Source of the DNA: an uncultured Spirochaetota bacterium
GTDB taxonomy: Bacteria > Spirochaetota > Spirochaetia > SZUA-6 > CAVTHK01
Direction of reading: 5' to 3'
Assembly: GCA_963734495.1 (NCBI GenBank)
Contig: CAVTHK010000011.1
Coordinates: 762,259-826,258, forward strand
Length of the DNA stretch: 64,000 nt
In this document: positions 41,041-51,830 of the stretch, piece after piece
Numbering within the stretch: position 1 is the stretch's first letter
Layout of the letters: every line of letters begins with the position of its first letter
Position numbers and translations under genes: made by a program
Notes under the pieces: model-generated
The model's database searches: none
What the model was told of the DNA's origin: nothing
What the model saw: only the letters and a program-made list of their open reading frames with translations

Positions 41041-41994
41041 ATCAACCTCCGCATCAGGGCGCCCGCCTGCCTGATCCCGATCCGCATGCCCATCCTCCGC
41101 GAGTTGCTCTTGAGGACCCACGCATCCGCGATCCCGAGGCGCCTGCCCCCGCGGAGCCGGTCCAGTACGCGGCGCTCACGCTCCATCCACCCGAACTCGC
41201 GGAGCACGGCGCGCCCGTACGCCTCCGCATCGTCCCAGCAATCGAGCAGGATGCGCGCACTGCGAAGCCCCGCAAGGATGCCGTCGCCCACGAGGGGCGC
41301 GACGCACCCGATGGACTCGCCCACGCCCCACACCTTCCCTTCGACAAACGGCTGCGAATATCGAGGAGAGGTCAGCCGGATCCTTCCACCGCACCGGCAG
41401 ATGATCGCGGAGCCCGGTCCCGAGTCCAGCCACCCCAGCGACCCCAGGATCGATGCCGCGTCCGCGGCGAGGCTCCCGCACCCGACGTGGTACTCGCCGG
41501 CGTTCAGCGGGAAGGTCCAGGCGTAGCCGATGGATCCCAGCCGGACGCGGTTGGGCTTCTCAGCTGCTCCTCACCCGGTACTGCGTGCATTCGAGCGTGA
41601 CATCGCCATCGATCGGCGGCAGGAAGGCGCGTGCCACGCCCGTCGCGTCGATGAGCCGGTCGTAGCGCTGCGCATCCGGGGAGCCGCCGCGGACGGCGGC
41701 CCCCTGCAGCAGATCGCAGATGAGCGCCGGCTTGTCCATGGTCATGAGGCAGGCTCTGACCTTGACGCCGTCCATGTACAGATGGTCCATGCGCGCGAGC
41801 AGGTATTTGTCCGGATCGAGGCCCGCCAGCCGGATCATTTCGCCAAAGCCCTGCGAGACGCCCCAGGCGCACGGGCTTGCCCCGCAGGCGGTGCCCTCGG
41901 CCCTGCCGTACAGGTCGGCCTCGACGCCCCTGCGAGCGAGCATCCTGTACGTGTAGGCGCCGACGATCCCCGCCCCGGCGATCGCTACGCGCAC
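41037..41994 (-). CDS. FAD-dependent oxidoreductase, geranylgeranyl reductase-like, frameshift near 41560
   Basis: VAIAGAGIVG, PCAWG, IDATG, GYAWTFP, VGESIGCVAPLVGDGI. Confidence 0.78.
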
Positions 41995-42200
41995 CGGTCC
42001 CTCCTGCCGCAAGAATCGATCCCTGCCGGGACGCGGCTCCACGCGGCACCACCATCATAGCGCAGAACGACCCCCGGCAGGTGCCGCGGTATACGCCGGG
42101 CTTCGAAGGCGCAGTGCAACCAGAATACTCATACAAGCCAACGCGCGTCTTGCGTCCTCGAGGGTCGCCTGATACAGTTCCATCAGAACAAAGGAGGCCC

Positions 42201-43205
42201 GTGTTGAAGAGACTCGTCGCGTTCGTGCTCGTCCTCGGACTGTTCGGCGCCGCCGCATTTGCCGGCGGGTCCAAGGAAGCGGCCAAGCCCGCAGATGTCC
42301 CGACTGTCACCTACAAGCTTGCCCATGTGTATTCCATCTCCCATTCCTTCTCCAAGGGATGCAAAGAGCTGGCCAGGCTCGTGTCAGAGAAAACCGGCGG
42401 CAAGTTCATCATCAACGAATACCCGGCCGCCCAGCTCGGCTCGGAAAAGGACCTGGCCGACGGCCTGGTCAACGGCGTGATCGAGATGGCCATCGTCGGC
42501 CCCGGCGAGATCGGCAAGCGCTACGCGCCGGTGCTCATCTTTGACGGCCCGTTCATCTTCCGCAACGTCGACCACGCCATGAACGCTCTCAAGAGCGACG
42601 TGGGCAAGGAGCTCTGGAAGGGACTCGAAGAAAAGACCGGCTTGATGAACCTGAGCACCCTCTACTACGGCACGCGTTACGTCACGAGCAAGAAACCGAT
42701 CCGCACGCCCGAGGACATGAAGGGCATGAAGCTGCGCGCTCCCGACATGCCCCTTTCGGTCGCCAACGCCAAAGCCATGGGCGCCAACCCCACCCCGATG
42801 GCCTTGTCCGAGGTCTACCTCGCGCTGCAGCAGAACGTCGTGGACGGCCAGGAGAACCCCATCCCGACCATCTACACCCAGAAGTTCCACGAGGTGCAGA
42901 GCCACATCGCCCTGACGGGCCACGTCATCCAGCTCACCCCTGTTTTCATCGCGAAGAAGAAGTTCGACGCCCTCCCGGCCTCTTTCCAGAAGGCGCTTCG
43001 GGAATCCATCGACACCGTGACGCCGCAGATCAACAAGTGGATCGCCGATGACGAGAAAGCCCAGCTCGACGAAATGTCGAAGAAGGGCATGACCGTCACC
43101 CAGCCCGACATCGAAGCGTTCCGCAAGGCGACCCAGCCTGTCATCAAGGAGTTCGAGAGCAGGTGGGGCGCGGGCCTGTACGAGAGGATCCAGGCGGTCA
43201 AATAG
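42201..43205 (+). CDS. dctP: TRAP transporter substrate-binding protein
   Basis: AAGGAGG RBS, YPAAQLG.E, DMKGMKLR, EVYLALQQNVVDGQENP. Confidence 0.93.
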   Translation: MLKRLVAFVLVLGLFGAAAFAGGSKEAAKPADVPTVTYKLAHVYSISHSFSKGCKELARLVSEKTGGKFIINEYPAAQLGSEKDLADGLVNGVIEMAIVGPGEIGKRYAPVLIFDGPFIFRNVDHAMNALKSDVGKELWKGLEEKTGLMNLSTLYYGTRYVTSKKPIRTPEDMKGMKLRAPDMPLSVANAKAMGANPTPMALSEVYLALQQNVVDGQENPIPTIYTQKFHEVQSHIALTGHVIQLTPVFIAKKKFDALPASFQKALRESIDTVTPQINKWIADDEKAQLDEMSKKGMTVTQPDIEAFRKATQPVIKEFESRWGAGLYERIQAVK

Positions 43206-43216
43206 CTGCATCCGTT

Positions 43217-43246
43217 GCGGGGGGCGCCAGGCCCCCCGCTTGTTTT
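43217..43246 (+). terminator. Stem-loop plus U-tract after dctP
   Basis: GCGGGGGGC-GCCAG-GCCCCCCGC-TTGTTTT. Confidence 0.6.
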
Positions 43247-43262
43247 CCGGCAAGGCTGCAAC

Positions 43263-43730
43263 ATGCTCAAGATACTCGACCTGATAGAAGACCTCTTCGT
43301 GACTGTCGGCCTCTCGGTCATGTGCGTGGTGCTGGCCGTGCAGGTCTTCTGCCGCTATGTCCTGAACTATCCGCTCGTCTGGAGCGAGGAGATGGCCCGC
43401 TACATCTTTGTCTGGGTCACCTTTGTGGGCGCAAGCTTCGGCCTGCGGCACGGCTCGCACATCTCGATGGAGTTCTTTGTCGACAAGATGCCCCGGGCGG
43501 TTCAGAAAGCTCTCGGCATCGCGCTCAATGTCGTGGCGTTCTGCGCTCTCGCGTACCTGGTGCCCGTCGGCGTTCTGTTTACTCTCGATCAGGTCCCGAT
43601 CGCCTCTTCGGCCATGCAGATCTCCATGGGCCTGGTAGTCAGCGCCGTGCCGGTCGGCTGCGTTCTGATGTGCATCCGGCTCGTCCTCGACACCGTCGCG
43701 AAGATCACCGCCGGGAGAGACGCATCATGA
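43263..43730 (+). CDS. dctQ: TRAP transporter small permease
   Basis: QVFCRYVLN.PL.WSEE.ARY..VW..F.GA, HI. Confidence 0.92.
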   Translation: MLKILDLIEDLFVTVGLSVMCVVLAVQVFCRYVLNYPLVWSEEMARYIFVWVTFVGASFGLRHGSHISMEFFVDKMPRAVQKALGIALNVVAFCALAYLVPVGVLFTLDQVPIASSAMQISMGLVVSAVPVGCVLMCIRLVLDTVAKITAGRDAS

Positions 43731-45007
43731 CGCTTCTGCTGGGCTCGTTCCTGATCCTGCTGCTTCTGAAATTCCCGGTTTCCCTCTCGCTGCTGGTGAG
43801 CTCGCTCCTGTACATGCTCGGCGCCGGCATCAACCCGGTGGTGGCCATTCAGCGCATGTCGATGGGCATCGGCGACTCCTTTCCGCTGATGGCGGTGCCG
43901 TTCTTCGTGCTGGCCGGCAACATCATGAACAGCGCCGGCATCACCAAACGGATCTTCAACTTTGCCAACGTGCTGGTCGGGCACATCACCGGCGGCCTGG
44001 GACACGTCAACATCCTGGGCAGCGTGATCTTTGCCGGAATGTCGGGCACCGCCATCGCCGACGCGGGGGGTCTCGGGGCCATCGAGATCAAGGCAATGAC
44101 GGACGCCGGCTACGACGAGGACTTTTCCATCGCGGTCACCGGGGCCTCCTCGCTCATCGGCCCGATCATCCCGCCCTCGGTCCCGGCTGTCGTCTTTGGC
44201 GTCATCGCGGGAGTCTCGGTCGGGCGGCTTTTCGTCGCCGGCATCATCCCGGGGCTGCTCATGGCGGGCGTGATGGCCGTCTTTGTGTTCTTCGTGGCCA
44301 GGAAGCACAACTACCCCAAGAACAAGCGGGCGAGCCTGAAGCAGATCTTTGTCGCGACGAAAGAGGCGTTCTGGTGCCTGCTCACACCGGTGCTGATCAT
44401 CGGCAGCATCCTGGGCGGGATCATAACGCCGACCGAAGCGGCCGTGCTGGCGGTCATCTACTCGCTGATCCTGGGGCTGGCGTACGGGGAGATCACCTGG
44501 AAGGATATCCCCAAGCTCCTGTTCGATTCCGCCAAGGTCACCGTCGGAGTCATGCTGATCGTTGCCTGCGCTTCGTTGTTTGCATGGGTCCTCGCGAGCG
44601 AACAGATCCCCCAGAAGCTCACGCAGTTCTTTGTCGCCACCATCCCCAACCTGGCGACGGCCATCATCGTCGTCAACGTCCTGCTGCTCGTCGTCGGCTG
44701 CTTCATGGAGACCATAGCCGCGCTCACGATCCTCACCCCGGTGCTGCTCCCGGTGATGGAGAGCTTCGGCATGGACCCGGTCCATTTCGGCCTGATCATG
44801 ATCCTGAACCTGATGATCGGCCTGCTGACGCCCCCGGTGGGCATGGTGCTGTACGTGCTGTCCAGCGTGACCAAGGTTCCGTTCACGCGCATCGCCCGGG
44901 TCTGCTTTCCCTACGTCGTGCTCATGACCGCCCTGGTGCTCGGGCTGGCCTTTGCGCCGCCGCTGGCCACCTGGCTGCCGAACCTCGTGTTCGGGGTGGC
45001 GAAATAG
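43727..45007 (+). CDS. dctM: TRAP transporter large permease
   Basis: AVPFFVLAG, GMSGTAIAD, IIPPS, TPTEA, GLLTPPVG. Confidence 0.94.
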   Translation: MTLLLGSFLILLLLKFPVSLSLLVSSLLYMLGAGINPVVAIQRMSMGIGDSFPLMAVPFFVLAGNIMNSAGITKRIFNFANVLVGHITGGLGHVNILGSVIFAGMSGTAIADAGGLGAIEIKAMTDAGYDEDFSIAVTGASSLIGPIIPPSVPAVVFGVIAGVSVGRLFVAGIIPGLLMAGVMAVFVFFVARKHNYPKNKRASLKQIFVATKEAFWCLLTPVLIIGSILGGIITPTEAAVLAVIYSLILGLAYGEITWKDIPKLLFDSAKVTVGVMLIVACASLFAWVLASEQIPQKLTQFFVATIPNLATAIIVVNVLLLVVGCFMETIAALTILTPVLLPVMESFGMDPVHFGLIMILNLMIGLLTPPVGMVLYVLSSVTKVPFTRIARVCFPYVVLMTALVLGLAFAPPLATWLPNLVFGVAK

Positions 45008-45140
45008 CGGTACGAGCCTGCGAGGGCCGCGGTGCAACGCGCGACGCACGGGATAGCGGCCGCAGCGCGCGGCGTGCGTGCGCGGCCGCTGCGGATGCCT
45101 CCGATGGGCCCCGGCGCGTGAGGGACTGGAGGGGGTCACC

Positions 45141-45430
45141 ACGGGCGACCACGCTGACCATCGACGACGATCTGCTTCGGCGTCTCAAGGCGAAGGCCCG
45201 CAAGGCAGGCATCCCGTTCAAGGACGCGGTCGGCATGCTCTGAGGCACGGGATCGAGGCCGTGGGCGCTCCCATACGACCGAGCTACAGGTGCCCCGAGT
45301 TCTCGCTTGGCCACCCTCCGAAGGCCGATCTCGACAGAGCACTCGACCTCGCGGAAACGTTGGAAAACGCGGAGATCGCTCGCAAGCTCGAGATGCGCAA
45401 GTGAAGATCGTTAGGTCAACGTCCTCATCC
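45141..45430 (+). pseudogene. Degraded vapBC toxin-antitoxin locus
   Basis: RBS, then TTLTIDDDLLRRLK..AR (VapB RHH) with no valid start and a frameshift. After the stop, only VKIV(D)VNVLI of a PIN toxin remains. Confidence 0.65.
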
Positions 45431-45929
45431 TCCGGTATGCGTTCGCGGGGTTGTAGAGCCTGACGTCGGTGTCGGCGTTGGTGACCGACTCGCCCTCGGC
45501 CGCTTTGCCTCCGTCGCTCGAGGATCTCGAGCAGCGGTAGCGCCGGCGCGGCCTGGTGCAGAGAGCCTTTACCTCTGCCGCCAATCAGGTACAATCAGGG
45601 CAGCAGCGCATCGCGGGATCGGCCTCTGCGGGCCTCCAGTCACGCATCGTGCTCGCCGTGTCTGCTGGCTTCGTCTGCCGCCATCCGCACCCGCAGGCGC
45701 CCTTTCCCTTGTTTGGCGCCCTCTCCTGCGTGACTGTGCAACCTGGGACGTTCTTGCGACGGGCGAGGGCCACGCTCGCGCCGTTCGTGCAGAAAGGAGG
45801 CCCCCCGCATCAAAGCACCACAAGGAGCCCCGTCGCATTCGGCGTCGGCAGAGGCCGGCCGCCGCCGCGGACGGGGTTCCTTGGCACGTCTCGTCGGCGG
45901 CCGGAACACCCGGCCAAAGGAGTTTCGGA

Positions 45930-46430
45930 ATGAAAGTGTGTCGCGCTCTCGTTTCTGTGACGCTCATGGCCCTGCTCGCGGCGTGTGCGAGCCTGCCGCA
46001 GCCCGAACAGGGGAACAGGACTCTGCTGGCAATCGTGGTCAAGAACGAAGGGATGACCAGCACCGAACAACTCGGCTACGCCTTTGGGCTGGCTGAAAAT
46101 GATACGCGGCTGGAGGTTACCCCGCAGAACGGCGTCGTCGTGTTCGATCAGCTCGCTCCGGGGACTTACACGATCAACCGCTACTATGTAACGTCGGGTC
46201 AGGTGGGCAACAGGTTCATCGGCTCTCGGGAGCCGTATGCCCTCAAGCCGCTGAGCTTCAAGCTGGTCGAAGGTTCCATCACCATCCTCCCGTTCTCCCT
46301 CGTTGTCTCGGAGGAGCTGAAGGGGCAGGTCATCATGCAGGGCAACCGGTTCGAGCTCACGAATCGCGACGAGGCGGTGGCGATGCTGGCCAAGCGCGGC
46401 AACTTCGAGCGCTGGCGCATCGCAGAATGA
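45930..46430 (+). CDS. Hypothetical lipoprotein
   Basis: AAGGAG RBS, lipobox LAAC, L.PG.Y beta-sandwich motif. Confidence 0.75.
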   Translation: MKVCRALVSVTLMALLAACASLPQPEQGNRTLLAIVVKNEGMTSTEQLGYAFGLAENDTRLEVTPQNGVVVFDQLAPGTYTINRYYVTSGQVGNRFIGSREPYALKPLSFKLVEGSITILPFSLVVSEELKGQVIMQGNRFELTNRDEAVAMLAKRGNFERWRIAE

Positions 46431-46462
46431 CCGGTGCTCCGTTGAAGAGAGGAGCTCTCCCA

Positions 46463-47578
46463 ATGAAGAAAGTAGGAGCGTCGCCGCATGCGTGGACAGC
46501 GTTCGGGCTGGCCTGCGTGGCGCTTGCGTTCGCCGGTTGCGCTTCAACGGGCCCGGCGGTGCCGTCAGGCCCCGACTCGACCCTGCTCGTGATCCCCGCG
46601 GAATCGAAGGTCAGGTTGCTCCAGGAGAATATGCGGCGGGCGCCAAACCCGGTCTTTGTTACCGGGGCCGTGGGGCTGCGCGATCTCTCCTACGCCGTCG
46701 CCGTTCAGGGAACCGGCGTGCAGATCTCCGTCAATCCCGAGGAGGGGAACTCCTATGTCACCGGCCTGAAACCGGGCAGGTACAGGCTGGGCGCTCTCGT
46801 CCAGTTCTGTACCCCCACGCTCGGGGCGGCCTCCCAGTACGTAAAGGAGCGGTCGCTTGACTTTGAGTTCGAGTTGCGGCCGCGCCAGGTAACGGTGCTG
46901 CCCTACAAGTTCGTCTTCGTCCTGGTCAACGAGGACGCGGAGAGCGGGATGGGCACGATTGCGCTCAAAGTGCGCAACCTGACCAGGCAGGAGCGCGAGC
47001 GGATCGAGACGGACGTCGAGGGAAAGGGACCGCCCAACGCGCTGGAACCGCGCCCGCCCCGCGTTGCGATCAAGGCCTGGGACAGGATCGACCTCGCCGG
47101 GGCGCCCGAGACAGCGAGGATCTACCCGGTAGAGTCTGCAGGCATCACGCGTCCCGTCGTCTCGGTTTCGCCGGAGTATCCTCCGCCGCCGGTGAGGGTG
47201 GCAGTCCTCGCCCTCAGGCCGCAGGGCGTTGCCGCGGGTGACGCTTCCACGCTGACGGACCTGCTGGGCAGCGCGCTTGCGAGGGCACCGTGGTTCTCGG
47301 TGCTCGAGCACGCCCGCGTCGAGCGAGCGGTCAAGGAATCGCAGCCCGGCTCCGACGCCGCGGACCAGGGCCTGCAGGTTCAGGCTGCAAAGGGGCTCGG
47401 AGCCGACTACGTGGTGGTCGGGACCGTAAGCCGACTGGGGGCTCGCTACGTCATGGATGCGAAGCTGATCGATGCCGTATCGGGCGAGACGAAGCGGTCA
47501 TCCTCCGCCGCACAGAACAACATAGAAGAGCTGGTCGCCAGTGTGGGCCGCATGGCCGCGGAGCTCAGCTCGCCGTAG
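46463..47578 (+). CDS. Lipoprotein with C-terminal CsgG/FlgO/TolB-N-like domain
   Basis: Lipobox FAGC. N-domain resembles the upstream gene (LLVI...LKPG.Y...VTVLPY.F). C-domain RVAVL...F.VLE...GADYVV.G.V..LG..Y....KLID..SG. Confidence 0.72.
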   Translation: MKKVGASPHAWTAFGLACVALAFAGCASTGPAVPSGPDSTLLVIPAESKVRLLQENMRRAPNPVFVTGAVGLRDLSYAVAVQGTGVQISVNPEEGNSYVTGLKPGRYRLGALVQFCTPTLGAASQYVKERSLDFEFELRPRQVTVLPYKFVFVLVNEDAESGMGTIALKVRNLTRQERERIETDVEGKGPPNALEPRPPRVAIKAWDRIDLAGAPETARIYPVESAGITRPVVSVSPEYPPPPVRVAVLALRPQGVAAGDASTLTDLLGSALARAPWFSVLEHARVERAVKESQPGSDAADQGLQVQAAKGLGADYVVVGTVSRLGARYVMDAKLIDAVSGETKRSSSAAQNNIEELVASVGRMAAELSSP

Positions 47579-47685
47579 GCCGGAATCGGCCGGCGCGTTG
47601 GTCCGCGAGCGCGCTTTCGCGTGTCAGCGCTTTCGAGGCGACAAGTCGGCCGGGCGGACAACGGCGCAAACACGGGGAGATCGAC

Positions 47686-48816
47686 ATGCCAGAGAAGTAT
47701 CGTGCGGGGATCATCGGGTTCGGCCACATGCATATCAACGATGTCGCCGAGCATTTCGACGAAAACCCGCAGATCGAATGGGGCGCGTGCGCTGACACGG
47801 TGCCCGCCGTCGCTGAATCGCGGAAGGCTCCCTACACGAGGAGCTGGAATCTCGAGCATGCGGTAAAGAGATTCGGCATACCGAAATCATACGCCGACTA
47901 CCGCGATATGCTGCACAAAGAGAAGCTCGATCTTGTCATCGTGACCTCGGAGAATTCGCGCCACCCGGAAATTGTCGAAGCGTGCGCGGCTGCCCGCGCC
48001 GCGGTCTGTGTCGAAAAGCCCATGGCCATGTCGATGGACGATGCGCTGCGGATGGCACGGGCGTGCGACCGGGCCGGGTCGTTGATGATGGTCAACTGGC
48101 CGTCGACCTGGTGGCCCGAAGGCTGGAAGATGAAGAGTCTCATCGACGAGGGCGTCATCGGGCGTCTGCTCGAGGTCAAGCTGCGCGGGGGGCACAACGG
48201 ACCCCTGGGGCCCGGCAACGTCCACAAGGGCGTCACGGAACAGGCCGCCCCGATGTCGGGACACGAAAGAGCGAGCACCTGGTGGCACCAGGCGGCCATG
48301 GGCGGAGGAGCCTTCCTCGATTACTGCTGCTACGGCGCCATGCTATCGCGGTGGTTTGTGGGGCGTCAGGCCGTGTCGGCTTTGGGCATCAAGGCCAACC
48401 TGAACAGTCACTGGGGGGACGCCGAAGACAACGGCGTGATGATCGTCCGTTTTCCCGACGCGATCGCCCTGCTCGAAGCCACCTGGACGACGCTGGACCA
48501 CGGTGTCCCTGGCGGCCCGATCGTCTACGGCACGGAGGGTACCCTCGTCAGGGAGACCGTCGATGGCCGCGCGCGCATACGTCTCGAGCGCGGCCACGGT
48601 CAAACTCAAGTGTTCCAGTCCGATCCGCTGCCCGAGGGCCGCCGCGACATAGCGCAGGAATACGTACACCACATGAATACCGGCGAGCCGGTGTTCGAAA
48701 CGCTGGGGACTGCCTTGAACCTGGAGGCCATGGCGATCATCGATGCAGGACTCCGGTCTTCCGCGAGCGGGAAGATCGAAGTCGTCGACAACACTGCCTG
48801 GCGCTTTGGATCCTAG
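47686..48816 (+). CDS. Gfo/Idh/MocA family oxidoreductase
   Basis: GIIGFGH, CVEKPMA, GGGAFLDYCCY. Confidence 0.9.
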   Translation: MPEKYRAGIIGFGHMHINDVAEHFDENPQIEWGACADTVPAVAESRKAPYTRSWNLEHAVKRFGIPKSYADYRDMLHKEKLDLVIVTSENSRHPEIVEACAAARAAVCVEKPMAMSMDDALRMARACDRAGSLMMVNWPSTWWPEGWKMKSLIDEGVIGRLLEVKLRGGHNGPLGPGNVHKGVTEQAAPMSGHERASTWWHQAAMGGGAFLDYCCYGAMLSRWFVGRQAVSALGIKANLNSHWGDAEDNGVMIVRFPDAIALLEATWTTLDHGVPGGPIVYGTEGTLVRETVDGRARIRLERGHGQTQVFQSDPLPEGRRDIAQEYVHHMNTGEPVFETLGTALNLEAMAIIDAGLRSSASGKIEVVDNTAWRFGS

Positions 48817-48936
48817 GGACTCACGCGGCGATCCTATCATGGATTCCGAGGATCAAGGCCGCCAGTCGCCAAGACGGCCATCAGCGTTGTAGACTGCCGC
48901 AAGCCCGCGACGCGGGCACAAGGGGGTGAGCGAGAT

Positions 48937-49785
48937 ATGCAGGCCGGCTTTCCGAGAACCGTCGTTGGTGGCGTGTCCTTGTCGAGGATGATCATCGGAA
49001 CCAATTGGATCCTCGGATACAGTCACACGAGCCCCGCGGCGGATCAGCACATCAAGCGGATGAACGGCAGCAGAGAAGCCGTGGCTGCTATACTGGAGGC
49101 GTTCCTCGAAGCCGGCGTGGACACGCTCATGGGTCTTTTCAAGGGCAACCCGATCCTTCTCGACGCCGTGAAGCTCGCTCAGGACAGGACCGGCAGGAAG
49201 GTCATTCTCATCGATACGCCGATCCTCAACGTCGCCGACTCGAAGGAGGCGCGAAAGGAAGCTGAGCAGACGATCAAGCTGTCGCAGGCGAGCGGAGCGA
49301 CGTTCTGTTTTCCCCACCACACCGCGGTGGAGCGGCTGGTCTACAAGGGGACCGAGACCATCGACCGCCTTCCGGACTACCTGGCCATGATCCGGGATCA
49401 CGGCATGATCCCGGGGCTCTCGGCCCACATGCCGGAGGTCATCGTGTACTCCGACAAGAATGAGTACGATGTCGAGAGCTACATCCAGCTCTACAACTGC
49501 GCCGGCTTCCTCATGCAGGTCGAGGTGGAGTACATCAACAAGGTGATCTGGGACGCCAGGAAGCCCGTGATGACGATCAAGCCCATGGCAGCCGGGCGGG
49601 TGACGCCGTTCGTCGGCCTGTCCTTCTCCTGGGCCACCATCAGGCCGCAGGACATGGTCACCGTCGGCTGCATGACGCCGGACGAAGCGCGGGAGGACAT
49701 CGAGATTTCCCGCGCAGCCCTCGAGCGCCGCAGGCCGCAGCTTCAGGGAAGAGCCAGTCCCGCGAAGACGTCGATCATGTCGTGA
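48937..49785 (+). CDS. Conserved hypothetical protein, aldo/keto reductase-like barrel
   Basis: SRMIIGTN...GYSH, PGLSAH.PE, IKPMAAGR. Confidence 0.7.
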   Translation: MQAGFPRTVVGGVSLSRMIIGTNWILGYSHTSPAADQHIKRMNGSREAVAAILEAFLEAGVDTLMGLFKGNPILLDAVKLAQDRTGRKVILIDTPILNVADSKEARKEAEQTIKLSQASGATFCFPHHTAVERLVYKGTETIDRLPDYLAMIRDHGMIPGLSAHMPEVIVYSDKNEYDVESYIQLYNCAGFLMQVEVEYINKVIWDARKPVMTIKPMAAGRVTPFVGLSFSWATIRPQDMVTVGCMTPDEAREDIEISRAALERRRPQLQGRASPAKTSIMS

Positions 49786-50067
49786 GACTCGGCGGCGCGC
49801 GGCGCGCGCGCGCGGCCGGCGGCGGAGGCGGCCGGCGGGCGCCAGCGCGTGAGGGACCGGAGGGGCGGGGCGGCGAAGCCGCCCCGGTCCGAGCCCGCCT
49901 CGGGCGAGGACGGAACCCCCGAAGGGCCCGACCCCGAGCCGGCAAGCAGCGAGCGCCGCTCGGGGGCACGCCCAGACGCGCATGATGGAATCGTAGAACC
50001 TGGCGCCGATGTACGCGAGTAGTGACGGCGAGTTCCCGTCCCCGGGAAAAGCGGGTACACTCCCCGC

Positions 50068-51738
50068 ATGCCTTCGGACACACAGATCATCTACTCCATG
50101 GTGCGCGTCGGGCGCATCCATCCCCCCGCCAAGCAGGTCCTGCAGGACATCTCGCTGGGCTTCTTCTATGGGGCCAAGATCGGCGTGCTGGGCCTGAACG
50201 GCGCCGGCAAGTCCACCCTGCTCCGCATCATGGCCGGCGTCGACACGGACTACGTCGGCGAAGTCGCCATGTCCAAAGGCTACACCGTCGGGATGCTCGA
50301 GCAGGAGCCGCAGCTCGACCCGGACAAGACCGTCATCGAGGTCGTGCGCGAGGCAGTCCAGCCCGTCGTGGACATGCTGGCCCGTTTCGACCGGGTCAAC
50401 GAGCAATACGGCGAACCGGATGCCGATTTCGATGCGCTGGGGGCCGAGCAGGCCAAACTTCAGGAAGCGCTCGACAAGGCCGACGCCTGGAACCTCGACT
50501 CGCACCTCGAGCTGGCGATGGACGCCCTCCGTTGCCCACCCGTGCAGACGCCGGTGCGGGTGCTCTCCGGTGGCGAACGCCGGCGCGTGGCCCTGACCCG
50601 GCTCCTGCTGACCGAGCCCGACATTCTCCTGCTCGACGAGCCTACCAACCACCTCGACGCGGAATCCGTGGCCTGGCTCGAGCACCACCTGCGCGACTAC
50701 AAGGGCACGGTCATCGCCGTCACCCACGACCGCTACTTTCTGGACAACGTGGCCGGCTGGATCCTGGAGCTCGACCGCGGCCACGGCATCCCCTGGAAGG
50801 GCAACTACTCGTCCTGGCTCGAGCAGAAGAAGGAAGTCCTGCGGCAGGAGGAGAAGATCGAATCAAAGCGGCAGAAGACCCTGGAGCGCGAGCTGGAATG
50901 GGTGCGAATGTCCCCCAAGGCGCGCCAGGCCAAGGGCCAGGCCCGCGTCACGGCCTACGAGAAACTGCTCTCGCAGGAGACGGAAAAGTACCGCGGCGAA
51001 CAGGAGATCTACATCCCGCCCGGACCGCGCCTGGGCGACATCGCCATCGAGCTCCAGAACGTCACCAAGGGCTACGGCGACCGTCTGCTGCTGGAGAACT
51101 TCAGCGCCACGATCGCGCCCGGGTCCATCGTGGGGGTGATCGGGCCGAACGGGTCGGGGAAAACCACCCTGCTCAGGATGATCACCGGAAAGGAACCTCT
51201 CGACGGCGGCGCGATTCGAGTCGGTGAGACCGTCAAGCTGGCCTACGCCGACCAGATGCGACCGCTCGACGGTGAGAAGACCGTCTGGCAGGAGATCTGC
51301 GACGGCGTGGACGAGCTCGCCCTCGGCGAGCGGACGATGAACTCCCGAGCCTACTGCACCTCGTTCAACTTCAGGGGCACAGACCAGCAGAAGAAGGTCG
51401 CCACCCTCTCGGGCGGCGAGCGCAACCGGCTCCACCTGGCCAAGGTTCTCAAGGAAGGCGCCAACGTGCTGCTGCTCGACGAGCCGACCAACGACCTCGA
51501 CGTCAACACCCTGCGAGCCCTGGAAGAAGCGCTGGAGACTTTCGCCGGCTGCGTGGTGGTGGTCAGTCACGACCGCTGGTTCCTGGACCGCATCTGCACC
51601 CACATCCTGGCGTTCGAAGGCGACAGCCAGGCGCGCTTGTTCCTCGGCAACTGGTCCGACTACGAAGCCCACCTGCTGCAACAATTCGGAAAGAATCTCA
51701 CCCCGCACCGGATCAAGTACCGGATGCTCAAGCGCTGA
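50068..51738 (+). CDS. ettA: Energy-dependent translational throttle ABC-F protein
   Basis: ISLGFFYGAKIGVLGLNGAGKST, WILELDRG.GIPW.GNYSSWLEQK, ELEWVR..PK.RQAK, IPPGPRLG. Confidence 0.96.
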   Translation: MPSDTQIIYSMVRVGRIHPPAKQVLQDISLGFFYGAKIGVLGLNGAGKSTLLRIMAGVDTDYVGEVAMSKGYTVGMLEQEPQLDPDKTVIEVVREAVQPVVDMLARFDRVNEQYGEPDADFDALGAEQAKLQEALDKADAWNLDSHLELAMDALRCPPVQTPVRVLSGGERRRVALTRLLLTEPDILLLDEPTNHLDAESVAWLEHHLRDYKGTVIAVTHDRYFLDNVAGWILELDRGHGIPWKGNYSSWLEQKKEVLRQEEKIESKRQKTLERELEWVRMSPKARQAKGQARVTAYEKLLSQETEKYRGEQEIYIPPGPRLGDIAIELQNVTKGYGDRLLLENFSATIAPGSIVGVIGPNGSGKTTLLRMITGKEPLDGGAIRVGETVKLAYADQMRPLDGEKTVWQEICDGVDELALGERTMNSRAYCTSFNFRGTDQQKKVATLSGGERNRLHLAKVLKEGANVLLLDEPTNDLDVNTLRALEEALETFAGCVVVVSHDRWFLDRICTHILAFEGDSQARLFLGNWSDYEAHLLQQFGKNLTPHRIKYRMLKR

Positions 51739-51830
51739 CGCGGAACCCGAAGCGGTCGCGGCTGGGGGCATTCGATAGCGGAGAGCTCGCTGCCCGACCA
51801 CAGACTGCCCGCGGCATCTGAGGAGGAACG

